DNA of 64,000 nt from Nannocystis bainbridge (GCF_028368995.1 NZ_JAQNDL010000001.1:352001-416000); one strand, 5' to 3'; shown: positions 1 to 9,078, numbered from the stretch's first letter. Program-made: numbers and translations. The notes: a model not told the origin generated them from the letters alone.

Positions 1-75
1 GTCCCTTTCGCCATGTCCTTACAGGCATGCCCTAAAATACATGCCCGTAAGCACATGTCCTCCAGGGCATGCCCC
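1..75. repeat. 14-bp-phased tandem array of the TGYCY-N4-RGRCA palindrome (may extend beyond the window start)
   Basis: CATG cores at 12, 26, 40, 54, 68 (period 14), downstream of the CDS ending at 119. Confidence 0.9.
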
Positions 76-118
76 AAAGTTCTAGCCGCCGATCACCCGC
101 GGGCCGGCGGCCCCTTTT

Positions 119-1804
119 TTAAAGACCTTCGAGGTGGGCCCGCTGGACGATCCGCGCGTCGAGCGTCACATAGCCGCGCGGGCCGGCGCACAGGCGCACC
201 GGGCTGAGGTCGACCAGCTCGAGGCGGCCCTCGCTGTCGACGCTGGCGACCCCGAAGTGGCGGACCAGCGCGTCGAGGCGGAGGAACAGCCCCGCCAGCT
301 CGCGCAGCCCCGGGTCGTCCTTGCGGCGCAGCGGCACCCCCGCGACGATCGCCTGGGCGAACAGCATCGCCTCCGCCGGATCGAGCGGCGACAGCCGCAG
401 CACCACCTCGTGGTGGCCCGCCAGCGCGCGCCCGAACAGCGCCGTCTCGCCGCTCTGCAGCGCCACCGCCCCGCAGTGGATCTCGAGCCCCTCGCCGATC
501 TGCTCGGCCACCAGCACGCCGTCGAGGTGGGCCGTCGGCGCCCGCTCCTCGACGTTGGCCACGACCGTCGCGTAGGCCCGGCGGACCGCCGCCGAGGTCG
601 TGAGATCGAGGACCACCGCCCCGAGCTCCTGCTTGCGCCGCAGGTCGGGGCTGACCGCCTTGAGCACCACCGGGAACCCGATCTGCTCGGCGAACTGGGC
701 CGCGCCGCTGGCCGAGCCGGCCACCGCCTGGCGCGTCACCTCGATGCCGAAGCCGCGCAGCACCACCTTGCTCTCGTGCTCCGACAGCGCCTGCCCGGCC
801 GAGCGCAGCACCTCCTCCGCGCGGGCCAGCGCCGCCGGATCGATCACCGGCGTCGGTTCGTCGGCGGCCGCGCGGACCAGCGCCTCGGCGCGCTCGCGGC
901 GGAGCAATGCCCGCTGGGCCAGGAACGCGTCGGTCGTCGCGCTCGCCGGCCCGCGCAGGCGCAGGCCCGGGTGCGGCGCCGCCATCCCCGGGTCGTCGGC
1001 CTGCAGCGGCAGCGCCCGCTGCGCCTGGCGCCACAGCGCCGCCTGCGAGGCTGCCTCTTCGGACATGCCCTCGGCGACATGCCCCGAAGGACCTGTCCCC
1101 GGCGACATGCTCTGCGCGTCGAGCAGCAGCGCCAGCACCCCCGGGCTCGGGAACACCGGCCCCGTCAGCCGCTCGAGCGCGTGGGCGGCCGCCACCTGGC
1201 CGAGCGACGGGTGGCGCGGCTGATCGATCCGCGGCGCCTCGACCCCGAGCGGCACCACCACCTGGCGCGCCCCGGCGGTGCCGGCCCAGCGGGCCCAACC
1301 CGCGTGCAGGCTCGCCACTGGCACCATGCCCGCGACACGGCAGCCGGCCAGCTCGGGCGCCGCCAACCACTCGGACAGCCACGCCAGCGCCGGGCACAGC
1401 GACAGCCGCGGCTGCACCCCGGCGGCCACGAACGCGGCCCGCAGCCCCGCCAGCGCCCCCGCCTCGGGCCCGACCAGCACCAGCTCGCCGGCCTCCACCA
1501 TCACCTGCGCCGCCGGCCCGAGCACGCGCGACGTCAGCCCGACCGGCAGCTCCGGCCCCGTGATCACCAGCAGCGCCGGCGGCCGCTCGCGCAGCGCTCG
1601 CAGCAGCGTCGGCGACGGCTCGCGCGCGACCACCACCACCGCGCCCTGCTCGCGAACCCGCCGGGCCAGCGCCGCCTCGCCGAGCACCTCGCCGGCGCCG
1701 ACGAACGCGGCCCCGACGTCCTCGCCGACCAGCGCCTCGCCGGCCAGCAGCGCCCGCAGGGCCGACCTGGCCGGAGAGACAGATCGATCGGGAGCCGTCA
1801 CCAA
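119..1804 (-). CDS. Acetate--CoA ligase (ADP-forming) family protein with C-terminal ATP-grasp domain, diverged
   Basis: LSEHESKVVLRGFGIEV...IGFPVVLKAVSPD and GYVTLDARI resemble the ATP-grasp_5 domain; N-terminal CoA-ligase part is degenerate. Confidence 0.7.
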   Translation of the reverse strand: MVTAPDRSVSPARSALRALLAGEALVGEDVGAAFVGAGEVLGEAALARRVREQGAVVVVAREPSPTLLRALRERPPALLVITGPELPVGLTSRVLGPAAQVMVEAGELVLVGPEAGALAGLRAAFVAAGVQPRLSLCPALAWLSEWLAAPELAGCRVAGMVPVASLHAGWARWAGTAGARQVVVPLGVEAPRIDQPRHPSLGQVAAAHALERLTGPVFPSPGVLALLLDAQSMSPGTGPSGHVAEGMSEEAASQAALWRQAQRALPLQADDPGMAAPHPGLRLRGPASATTDAFLAQRALLRRERAEALVRAAADEPTPVIDPAALARAEEVLRSAGQALSEHESKVVLRGFGIEVTRQAVAGSASGAAQFAEQIGFPVVLKAVSPDLRRKQELGAVVLDLTTSAAVRRAYATVVANVEERAPTAHLDGVLVAEQIGEGLEIHCGAVALQSGETALFGRALAGHHEVVLRLSPLDPAEAMLFAQAIVAGVPLRRKDDPGLRELAGLFLRLDALVRHFGVASVDSEGRLELVDLSPVRLCAGPRGYVTLDARIVQRAHLEGL

Positions 1805-1814
1805 GGCGCGCCCG

Positions 1815-2621
1815 TCACACGATGACCGGCTTCCACAGCTCGCTGTGGAGCTGCTTGACCGCCTCCGGCCACGCGCCGGGCAGGACCCAATCGGCGCGGG
1901 TCCAGGTGGCGTCGATCTCGGCGTTCTCGCCGGGGAACAGGATCAAACGGGCGCCCGGGCCACGCGCGGCCAACGTCGGCGGCACCGGCTGGTCGGTCCC
2001 GCCGAGCCACAGCAGCGTGCCCGAGGTGTGCTGGTCGAGGTACTCCGGCCCGGCCGGCTTGGCGCCGATCGACGCCAGGGCCGCGCGCGCGGCCTGATCG
2101 AGGTCTTCGCGGGCGAAGTACCGCAGCGGGCCGCGGCCGCTGTGCTGCTCGAGGCGGGCGACCCACTCGGGCAGGTCGACCAGGCTCGCCTCGTTGTCGT
2201 ACTCGGCGTCGATGATCGCGGGCAGCTCGTACCACGGCAGCGCGCCGGCCACGATCGCCGTCACCGAAGCCAGCCGCTCCCACTCGACCTCGGGCTCTTG
2301 CAGCCACAGCGCCTCGGCCCCGCCGAGCGACTCCGCCGCGGCCAGGCCCTCGTCGGTGTGCGGCACGAACACCAGCAGCGGGTGCAGCCGGTCTTGCAGC
2401 GGCCGCAAGCCCGCCGGGCCGAGGAACGTCAGCCCGTCGGCGCCGAACCGGCTCACCGCGCCGATGACGAACTGGTCGGCGCGTCCGGCGTCGCCGGGGC
2501 AGACCGCGCTGACGGTGGCGCCGCGCTCGCTGCCGATGTCACGGGCGAGGCACAGGGCCGCGGCGCTGGCCGGATGGATCCCCTGCGGGGTGCGCTGGGC
2601 GTAGACCAGGATATGAGCCAT
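1815..2621 (-). CDS. Hypothetical protein resembling a highly diverged ETF alpha subunit
   Basis: N-terminus (MAHILVYAQRTPQGIHPASAAALCLARDI) and C-terminus (ADWVLPGAWPEAVKQL) align by eye with the EtfA at 23805; FAD-binding motifs not visible. Confidence 0.5.
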   Translation of the reverse strand: MAHILVYAQRTPQGIHPASAAALCLARDIGSERGATVSAVCPGDAGRADQFVIGAVSRFGADGLTFLGPAGLRPLQDRLHPLLVFVPHTDEGLAAAESLGGAEALWLQEPEVEWERLASVTAIVAGALPWYELPAIIDAEYDNEASLVDLPEWVARLEQHSGRGPLRYFAREDLDQAARAALASIGAKPAGPEYLDQHTSGTLLWLGGTDQPVPPTLAARGPGARLILFPGENAEIDATWTRADWVLPGAWPEAVKQLHSELWKPVIV

Positions 2622-3133
2622 TAGTCGAGACCGTGCTTCCGTTTGATGAGCTCGAGCTGCTTTTGGTACTCGATCTCGAACGTCGAGGTGTTCTCGGTGA
2701 GGTGCTTGAGGTGGCGCCGCACCTCGCGGTCGAGGTCATCGTCGGCCTGCATGTGGCGGCGGAGGATCTCTTTGAGCTTCTTCCGGATCACCGCATCGTC
2801 GGCGTAGATCTCGGACACGAACTTGCTCTGCATGAACAGCTCGAGCAGCTGGTTCGCGATCCAGTTCAACGCCTCTTCCCCGATCCCGAAGTCCTGCTCC
2901 TCCGCCATCGAGCGCTTGAGCTTGAACAGGTCGGAGTACGCCAGCTTCTTCCGCTCGAGCTCGTCCTTGGCGCGGTCGGTGAGCTCGCGGTCCTTGCGTA
3001 GGTACTCCTTGAGGATCGACTCGACATCGCGTTTGAACTCATCGCGGTCGCTGACCTCGAGGTCGCCCGCGTCGACCAGGGTCTTGTTCACGGCTTCGAC
3101 GATGGTCGAGATCTTACTTGCATAAAGACGCAT
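2621..3133 (-). CDS. DUF507 family protein
   Basis: MRLYASKI start, helical charged protein ending QKQLELIKRKHGL, typical of myxobacterial DUF507; high GC3. Confidence 0.7.
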   Translation of the reverse strand: MRLYASKISTIVEAVNKTLVDAGDLEVSDRDEFKRDVESILKEYLRKDRELTDRAKDELERKKLAYSDLFKLKRSMAEEQDFGIGEEALNWIANQLLELFMQSKFVSEIYADDAVIRKKLKEILRRHMQADDDLDREVRRHLKHLTENTSTFEIEYQKQLELIKRKHGLD

Positions 3134-3195
3134 GGGGTGAGGCGAGGATAGGCGCAGCTTTTCCGAGCGTCCAGGGTGCGGTACCAACCACGGGC

Positions 3196-3660
3196 GTGCA
3201 GCCCCGCCTCATCGTCGCCGCCGGCCTGGTCTGGCTCGGCCCCCACCGCCTCCTCGTCCAGCGCCGACCGGCCGGCGCCCGCCACGGCGCCGGCGCCCTC
3301 GAGCTCCCGGGCGGGAAAGTCGAGCCCGGTGAGCCCCCGCGCGCCGCGCTGCGGCGTGAGCTCGTCGAGGAATGGGGCCCTGCCGCCGCCGCGCTGGCGA
3401 TCGGCCCCGTCGCCGAGGTCCTGCACCACGTCTACCCCGGCCCTGGCCCGGAGGTCCTGCTGATCGTCTACCACGTCGACGCCAGCCCCTGGCTGGGCAC
3501 CGACTGGCACGCAGCGCTCCGCCTCGAGGCCGACGCCGCCGTCGTCGCCCACGAGCTCGCAGCCCTGCCCGTGCACGAATTCCTGGCCGCCGACCGCGAA
3601 TTCGTCACCGACGTGCGCGACGGCCGGGTCGAGCCCCCGACCCTCCCCATCCATCCCTGA
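3196..3660 (+). CDS. NUDIX hydrolase, MutT/NudG-like
   Basis: Nudix box ELPGGKVEPGEPPRAALRRELVEEWG; start uncertain (GTG 3196). Confidence 0.85.
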   Translation: MQPRLIVAAGLVWLGPHRLLVQRRPAGARHGAGALELPGGKVEPGEPPRAALRRELVEEWGPAAAALAIGPVAEVLHHVYPGPGPEVLLIVYHVDASPWLGTDWHAALRLEADAAVVAHELAALPVHEFLAADREFVTDVRDGRVEPPTLPIHP

Positions 3661-4138
3661 GCGACCTCTCGCTTCCCCCGGCGTCCCCGAGCCGGGCGCC
3701 CGGCGAATTCCGCCCGTACCCCCGCCGCAGGAGCTTCGCTCGGTCGCTCCCCGAAGCGTTCCGACGCGATCCCACGGGCCCGAGCGACCTGTCCGGAGAG
3801 ACAGCTTCATCGCGCGAAGCCCGCTCATCACCTGTCCTTGCGGCCATCCTCGCCGGGCCGGCCGCGGGCGAGCGGCGGAAGGCTCACAGGATCACCGTGC
3901 GTCGGCCGGCTGGCGATCCCTCGCCCGCCGGCGCGCGCCCCCACGAGCCCGCGCGAGGCCCGCCCCGAACCACGGTTCGCCGCCCGCCGCCCGCGCGAGG
4001 CCTCCGGCGATCTCGCTCACAACCTGTCTCTTCGGCCAGCCCCGCCTCGGCGCGTGACGGCGCCCGCTCGCCGCCTTTTCGCCCCGTCGCCGCCGCGGCG
4101 GGTGACGGCCGCCCGGCCGCGGCGTATGGTCGAAGGCG

Positions 4139-4504
4139 ATGCCCGCGCCCCGCGATTTCTCCGAGTTTTGGCCGTTCTACCTCGGCGAGCACCGCCACCC
4201 CGTCAACCGCGCGCTGCACTACGTCGGCACCAGCAGCGCCTGGCTCTTCGTGGCCTGGATGGCCTGGACGGGCCGCTGGAGCCTGTTCCCGCTGGCTCTG
4301 GTGATCGGCTACGGCCCGGCGTGGATCGGTCACTTCTTCATCGAGCACAACAAGCCGGCCAGCTTCAAGTATCCGCTGTGGTCCCTGTTCGGCGACATGA
4401 AGATGCTGCGCCTCCGCCTCACCGGCCGCATGCGCGGCGAGATGATCCGCCTGTTCGGCAGCACCGCCCCGGCCCCCGACGCCCCCCAGCGCGCCCGCAC
4501 CTGA
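4139..4504 (+). CDS. DUF962 (Mpo1-like) membrane protein
   Basis: FWPFYLGEH..NRALHYVG and AWIGHFFIEHNKPASFKYP His motifs. Confidence 0.85.
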   Translation: MPAPRDFSEFWPFYLGEHRHPVNRALHYVGTSSAWLFVAWMAWTGRWSLFPLALVIGYGPAWIGHFFIEHNKPASFKYPLWSLFGDMKMLRLRLTGRMRGEMIRLFGSTAPAPDAPQRART

Positions 4505-4515
4505 GCCCCTGCGTC

Positions 4516-4570
4516 CCTGTCCCGAAGGACAGGCGATCCGCGCCGTCAGGCACCTGTCCCGAAGGACAGC
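4516..4570. repeat. Two isolated copies of CCTGTCC-CGAA-GGACAG
   Basis: Perfect TGTCC-N4-GGACA at 4518-4531 and 4555-4568, just after the DUF962 stop. Confidence 0.85.
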
Positions 4571-4687
4571 CCGGGTATCACGCCCCGCTCCGGGGACCGC
4601 GGCTCGCTCGCCGCTGGCCCTCGCTCATCTCCCGCGCCTCTGTCCTTTGCGACACCTGATCCCCGCGCCCGCTCGCCCCCCGTCCTG

Positions 4688-5797
4688 ATGCCTTCGCTCC
4701 CGATCACCCTCGAGGCCGCCCTGCGCGACGCGCGGTCGCCCGATCCGACGTCTCGCAGCGTCGCCGTGCGTCACCTCGCCGCCGCCCTCCTGGCCGAGCT
4801 CGGCGACCCCTCGCCCGCCCTCGACCTGGCGCGTGGCCACGCGCTCGGCGAGGCCGTCGTCGCCGCCCTGACCGCCGCGCTCGACGATCCGCAGGTGCCC
4901 GTCCGGGCCATGGCCGCGACCGGCCTCGGTCAGCTCGGCGAGCCTGCCGTCATCGCCCGCATCGACCCCTGGCTGCAGGACCCCGACCCCGGGCCCGACG
5001 CTGGTTACCTGCGCGAGTGCGCCGCCATCACCTGCGTGCTCCTCGGCCTCGCCTCGGCCCCCGAGCACCTCGTCAGGGCCGACGACGGCGAGGGCACCCG
5101 CCCCACCGAGGCCCCGCCGGCCGCGCCGCATCCCTTGCGTCCTCCGGGACATGTCCCGAGCGACCTGTCCCGAGTCACCTACGAGGCCGCGCTCGCGCGC
5201 ATCACCGCGGCCCTCCGCGCCCCCGCGCCCGACCTGCGGTTCCAGGCCGCCGGTGGCCTCGTCGAGCTCGCCGGTCGCGCCGCCGAGCCGGCCCTGTGCG
5301 CCGCCCTCGACGGCGAGAGCCACCCGCACGTCCGCCTCGCCCTCGTCAGCGCCCTCGCCGAGCTCGACCCGCCGGGGTCCGAGGCCTGCGCCCGCCTCGC
5401 CGCCGTGGTCGCCGATCCCGGCGCCGCCGTCGAGCTCGCCTTCGCCGCCGCGCTCGGCCTCGCCGCCGCCCGCGACCCGAGCGGCGGCCCGCCCCTCGTG
5501 CTCGGTCTCCAGCGCTCCGGCGACCGCGCCCGCGCGCTCGAGGGCCTCGCCGCGCTCGGGCTCGCCGCCCCGCCGGCCGCCGTCCCGCTGGCCCTCAAGC
5601 TCGCCCGCGCCTGGCTCACCCCGTCCGTCATGCGCGTGCGCGCCGCCTACGCCCTGGTCCGCATGGCCCCCGAGACCGGCCAGCCGCTGTTGGACGAGTT
5701 CGCCCGCAGCCGCCGCCCCGCCGTCCAGGAGGCCGTCGCCGACGCCCGCGCCGCCCTCGCGCAGCTGACTCTTCAGGACATGTCCAAGCGGACATAG
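4688..5797 (+). CDS. HEAT/PBS-lyase repeat protein
   Basis: Repeated 'D..VRA.AA..LG.LG' helical repeats (ALDDPQVPVRAMAATGLGQLG, ESHPHVRLALVSALAEL). Confidence 0.75.
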   Translation: MPSLPITLEAALRDARSPDPTSRSVAVRHLAAALLAELGDPSPALDLARGHALGEAVVAALTAALDDPQVPVRAMAATGLGQLGEPAVIARIDPWLQDPDPGPDAGYLRECAAITCVLLGLASAPEHLVRADDGEGTRPTEAPPAAPHPLRPPGHVPSDLSRVTYEAALARITAALRAPAPDLRFQAAGGLVELAGRAAEPALCAALDGESHPHVRLALVSALAELDPPGSEACARLAAVVADPGAAVELAFAAALGLAAARDPSGGPPLVLGLQRSGDRARALEGLAALGLAAPPAAVPLALKLARAWLTPSVMRVRAAYALVRMAPETGQPLLDEFARSRRPAVQEAVADARAALAQLTLQDMSKRT

Positions 5798-5852
5798 TCT
5801 TTAATACATGTCCAAACGGGCATGCCTCGAAGGACATGCACGAGCGGACGAC
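5765..5852. repeat. 14-bp-phased palindrome array overlapping the HEAT gene stop
   Basis: Cores at 5779, 5793, 5807, 5821, 5835, 5849. Confidence 0.9.
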
Positions 5853-6010
5853 ACGCGGGGCTCCGACGCTCCCTCTCGAAGTTCTCACCATGAAGCGACG
5901 GAGCGACCCCGGGTCACGCTCGCTCGGTCCCCTCACAGCGCCCTCGCCGAGGCCATCGACCGCACGTGGCGCGCTCCCCCGCTGCGACTGAAACGCCCTC
6001 TCTCGCCCGG

Positions 6011-6092
6011 CGACGCCCCATCCCGATCCGCCTGCGCCCCGGCAGCTCCGAGCTGTACTTGATGACGCAGATCCGCGACGAGGCCCACCGCC
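6011..6092 (+). pseudogene. Short uvrC-like fragment
   Basis: Translates to PIRLRPGSSELYLMTQIRDEAHR, matching the UvrC 'LLQ-IRDEAHRFA' motif; the rest of the gene is absent. Confidence 0.65.
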
Positions 6093-6185
6093 CACCGCCC
6101 GCCGCGGGTTCGGCGCGTCCCTGCTGCGTTCGACCCTGCGATCCAGCGCACACCGCCCGGCCGCCCGCTTTGCGACCCTCGGCCC

Positions 6186-8180
6186 GTGACCCTGGCCACG
6201 GCACCCGATCCCCGCAGCGACCTCGCCCACGCCTACGAGCTCGCCGTGCAGCACCTCCGCGGCGTCCAGGCCAAGAAGGGCGCCGTCGGCGGCGAAGTCA
6301 TCTGGAACCCGATGCTCGTGTGCCAGTACGTGATGGCGTGTCACGTCCTCGGGCGCCCGATCGCCCCCGAGCGGCAGCGGCGGATCCGCCTCGCCCTCGA
6401 GCGCCAGGTGCGGGCCGACGGCGGCTGGGGCATGCACCCCGACAGCGACAGCTGGCTGTTCCACACCACTCTCGGCTACGTCACCCTGCGCCTGCTCGGC
6501 CACCCGCCCGAAGACCCGCTGGCCGCCGGCGCGCTGCGGTGGATCCGGGCCCACGGCGGCGTGACGAAGAACCCGACCTGGGGCCGGATCTGGCTGGCCC
6601 TGCTCGGCCTCTACCCGTGGCAGAGCGTGCAGCCGATCCTGCCCGAGATGTGGCTCCTGCCCGAGGCCACGCCGGTCCACCCGCGCCGCCTCTACTGCCA
6701 CATGCGCCTGATCTACCTCGGGCTCAGCTACCTCTACGGCGCCCGCGTCCAGGCCCCGATGTCACCTGTCCTTCGGGACATCCGCGACGAGCTCTACGAC
6801 GGCGCCTACGAGCGCGCCCCGTTCCGCGCCCACCGCGACGACATCGCCAGCACCGACCTCTACGAAGCGCCGGGCGCCGGCCTGCGCGTCGCCTTCGCCG
6901 CCATGCGGGCGCTCGACCGCGTCGCGCCCGGCGTCGTCCGCAAGAAGGCCCTCGCCCGCGCCATCGAGCACGTCCTGTTCGAGCTGCGCAGCACCGGCCA
7001 CGTATGCCTCAGCCCCGTCAACGGCCTGCTGTTCAACCTCGCCCTGCACCACCATGACCCGCGCCACCCCGACGCCGACCAGGCCTTCCGCGGCCTCGAG
7101 TACTGGTTCTGGGAGGACGACGTCGAGGGCGCGCGGATCTGCGGCGCCCGCAGCGACATCTGGGACACCTCCTTCCTGCTGCAGGCGCTGTGCGAGGGCC
7201 CGCAGAGCGCCACCGGCGAGGCGCTCGGCCGCGACGCCGCCGCCTGGCTGGCGACCGCGCAGATCCGCGGCGACATCCCCGGCGGCGCCGAGCACTTCCG
7301 CGAGCCCGCCGACGGCGGCTGGGGCTTCGCCGACGAGCGTCACCCGTGGCCCGTCAGCGACTGCACCGCCGAGGCGCTCGAGGCCCTGATCCACTGCGCC
7401 GACCACCGCCTCGCCGAGCCGCTCCCGCGCGAGCGCCAGCTGGCCGCCCTGCGGTTCGTCCTCCGCCGCCAGAACGAGGACGGCGGGTTCGGCTCGTACG
7501 AGCCGCGCCGCGGCAGCCTCGTGCTCAAGCACTTCAACCCCGCCGAGATCTACGGCAACTGCATGCTCGAGTACTCGTACTCCGAGTGCACCGCCAGCTG
7601 CGTCCGCGGCCTCGCCCTCGCCCGCGCGCGCCTCGGCGACGCCATCCCGCCCGGCCTGCTCGCCGACGTCGAGACCGCGATCGAGCGCGGCGTCTCGTTC
7701 CTGCTCGGCGCCCAGCACCCCGACGGCGGCTGGCTCGGCTTCTGGGGCATCAACTTCACCTACGGCACCTTCTTCGCGGTGCACGCCCTGCTCGCCGCCG
7801 GGCTGCCGCGCCACCACCCTGCGATCCGCCGCGCCGTCGCCTGGCTGGTGCGCCGCCAGCGGCCCGACGGCGGCTGGGGCGAGAGCTTCGAGGGCCTGCT
7901 CGACGGCCGCGACGTCCAGCTCCCGCCGCACGAGCCGAGCCTGGCCGCCCAGACCGCCTGGGCCGCCCTCACGCTCATGGCCGCCGAGACCCCCGACGAG
8001 GCCCCGGCGATCGAGCGCGCGATCGTTTACCTGCACGCCCGCCAGCAGCCCGACGGCAGCTGGCCGCACGAGCGCGCCAGCGGGGTCTTCTTTAATACGG
8101 CCGTGCTCGACTACGACCTCTACCGCCAGATCTTCCCCGCCTGGGCCCTGGCCCGCCGCCTCGGCCGCGCGGCCGAGTGA
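6186..8180 (+). CDS. osc: 2,3-oxidosqualene cyclase (sterol-type triterpene cyclase)
   Basis: Catalytic HPWPVSDCTAE (DCTAE, not the DxDD of squalene-hopene cyclases), YCHMRLIY, several QW motifs (QNEDGGF, QHPDGGW, QRPDGGWGE, QQPDGSW), SGVFFN..LDYDLYR.IFP C-terminus. Confidence 0.9.
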   Translation: MTLATAPDPRSDLAHAYELAVQHLRGVQAKKGAVGGEVIWNPMLVCQYVMACHVLGRPIAPERQRRIRLALERQVRADGGWGMHPDSDSWLFHTTLGYVTLRLLGHPPEDPLAAGALRWIRAHGGVTKNPTWGRIWLALLGLYPWQSVQPILPEMWLLPEATPVHPRRLYCHMRLIYLGLSYLYGARVQAPMSPVLRDIRDELYDGAYERAPFRAHRDDIASTDLYEAPGAGLRVAFAAMRALDRVAPGVVRKKALARAIEHVLFELRSTGHVCLSPVNGLLFNLALHHHDPRHPDADQAFRGLEYWFWEDDVEGARICGARSDIWDTSFLLQALCEGPQSATGEALGRDAAAWLATAQIRGDIPGGAEHFREPADGGWGFADERHPWPVSDCTAEALEALIHCADHRLAEPLPRERQLAALRFVLRRQNEDGGFGSYEPRRGSLVLKHFNPAEIYGNCMLEYSYSECTASCVRGLALARARLGDAIPPGLLADVETAIERGVSFLLGAQHPDGGWLGFWGINFTYGTFFAVHALLAAGLPRHHPAIRRAVAWLVRRQRPDGGWGESFEGLLDGRDVQLPPHEPSLAAQTAWAALTLMAAETPDEAPAIERAIVYLHARQQPDGSWPHERASGVFFNTAVLDYDLYRQIFPAWALARRLGRAAE

Positions 8181-8191
8181 GACCGCGCCGA

Positions 8192-8242
8192 CGAGCATGT
8201 CCATCAGGACATGCTCGTTTCGACATGTCCCTGAGGACCGCC
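8192..8242. repeat. 14-bp-phased palindrome array
   Basis: Cores at 8196, 8210, 8224, 8238; convergent osc/apt junction. Confidence 0.85.
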
Positions 8243-8386
8243 TGCATCTCGTCGCTCCCGCTGACGAAGCCGCGGCGGTCTGCCTCGAGAAAGCGAGCGA
8301 TCAGGCGACAACTGCTGCGCGTTCGACGGCATGGGGCTCGCACCGCAGCGCCGGTTCAAGCGAGTGGACCTCGCTCGGGCAGTCGC

Positions 8387-8470
8387 GTCACATGCTCGTT
8401 CGAACATGACCCTTCGGACATGCTCGTTCGAACATCCCCCGGCGAACATGCCCCCGCGGACATGTCCCCC
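8387..8470. repeat. 14-bp-phased palindrome array
   Basis: Cores at 8391, 8405, 8419, 8433, 8447, 8461. Confidence 0.9.
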
Positions 8471-8479
8471 CGCCCCGGC

Positions 8480-9052
8480 TCAGAACGCCAGCAGCGCCTC
8501 GACCCGCAGCGGCGCCAGCCGCTCGCGGCCCTTCAAGAAGGGCAGCTCGATCAGGAACAGGCTCGCCACCACCTCGCCGCCGAGCCCCGTGACCAGCCTC
8601 GCCGCCGCGCCCGCCGTGCCGCCCGTGGCCAGCAGGTCATCGATCAGCAGCACCCGGTCGCCGGGCTCGATCGCGTCGGCGTGCATGTGCAGCGTGCCTT
8701 CGCCGTACTCGAGCGCGTACGCCTGCGTCACCGTGGCGGCCGGCAGCTTGCCCGGCTTGCGCGCCGGCACGAAGCCGACCCCGAGCGCGTGCGCGATCGG
8801 CATGCCGAACAGGAACCCGCGCGACTCGACGCCGACGATTCGATCGATCGAGCCGGCCAGGTCGGCCACCGCGTCCAGATGGAGGCGCAGCGCCGCGGCC
8901 ATCGCCGCCGGCTCGCGCAGCACCGGGGTGATGTCGCGGAACAGGATCCCCGGCGACGGGAAGTCCGGCACCGCGCGGATCAGGCTGCCGACGTCGCGCA
9001 GCGCCGCCGCGCGCTCGGCCTCGGACATGCGAAAATCGGGGCTCTCGCGCAT
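8480..9052 (-). CDS. apt: Adenine phosphoribosyltransferase
   Basis: IRAVPDFPSPGILFRDITP, GVESRGF, RKPGKLP, YALEYG, VLLIDDLLATGGT; alternative start 9028. Confidence 0.95.
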   Translation of the reverse strand: MRESPDFRMSEAERAAALRDVGSLIRAVPDFPSPGILFRDITPVLREPAAMAAALRLHLDAVADLAGSIDRIVGVESRGFLFGMPIAHALGVGFVPARKPGKLPAATVTQAYALEYGEGTLHMHADAIEPGDRVLLIDDLLATGGTAGAAARLVTGLGGEVVASLFLIELPFLKGRERLAPLRVEALLAF

Positions 9053-9078
9053 CGTCTCGCTCTCCCTGCTCGCTCGCT

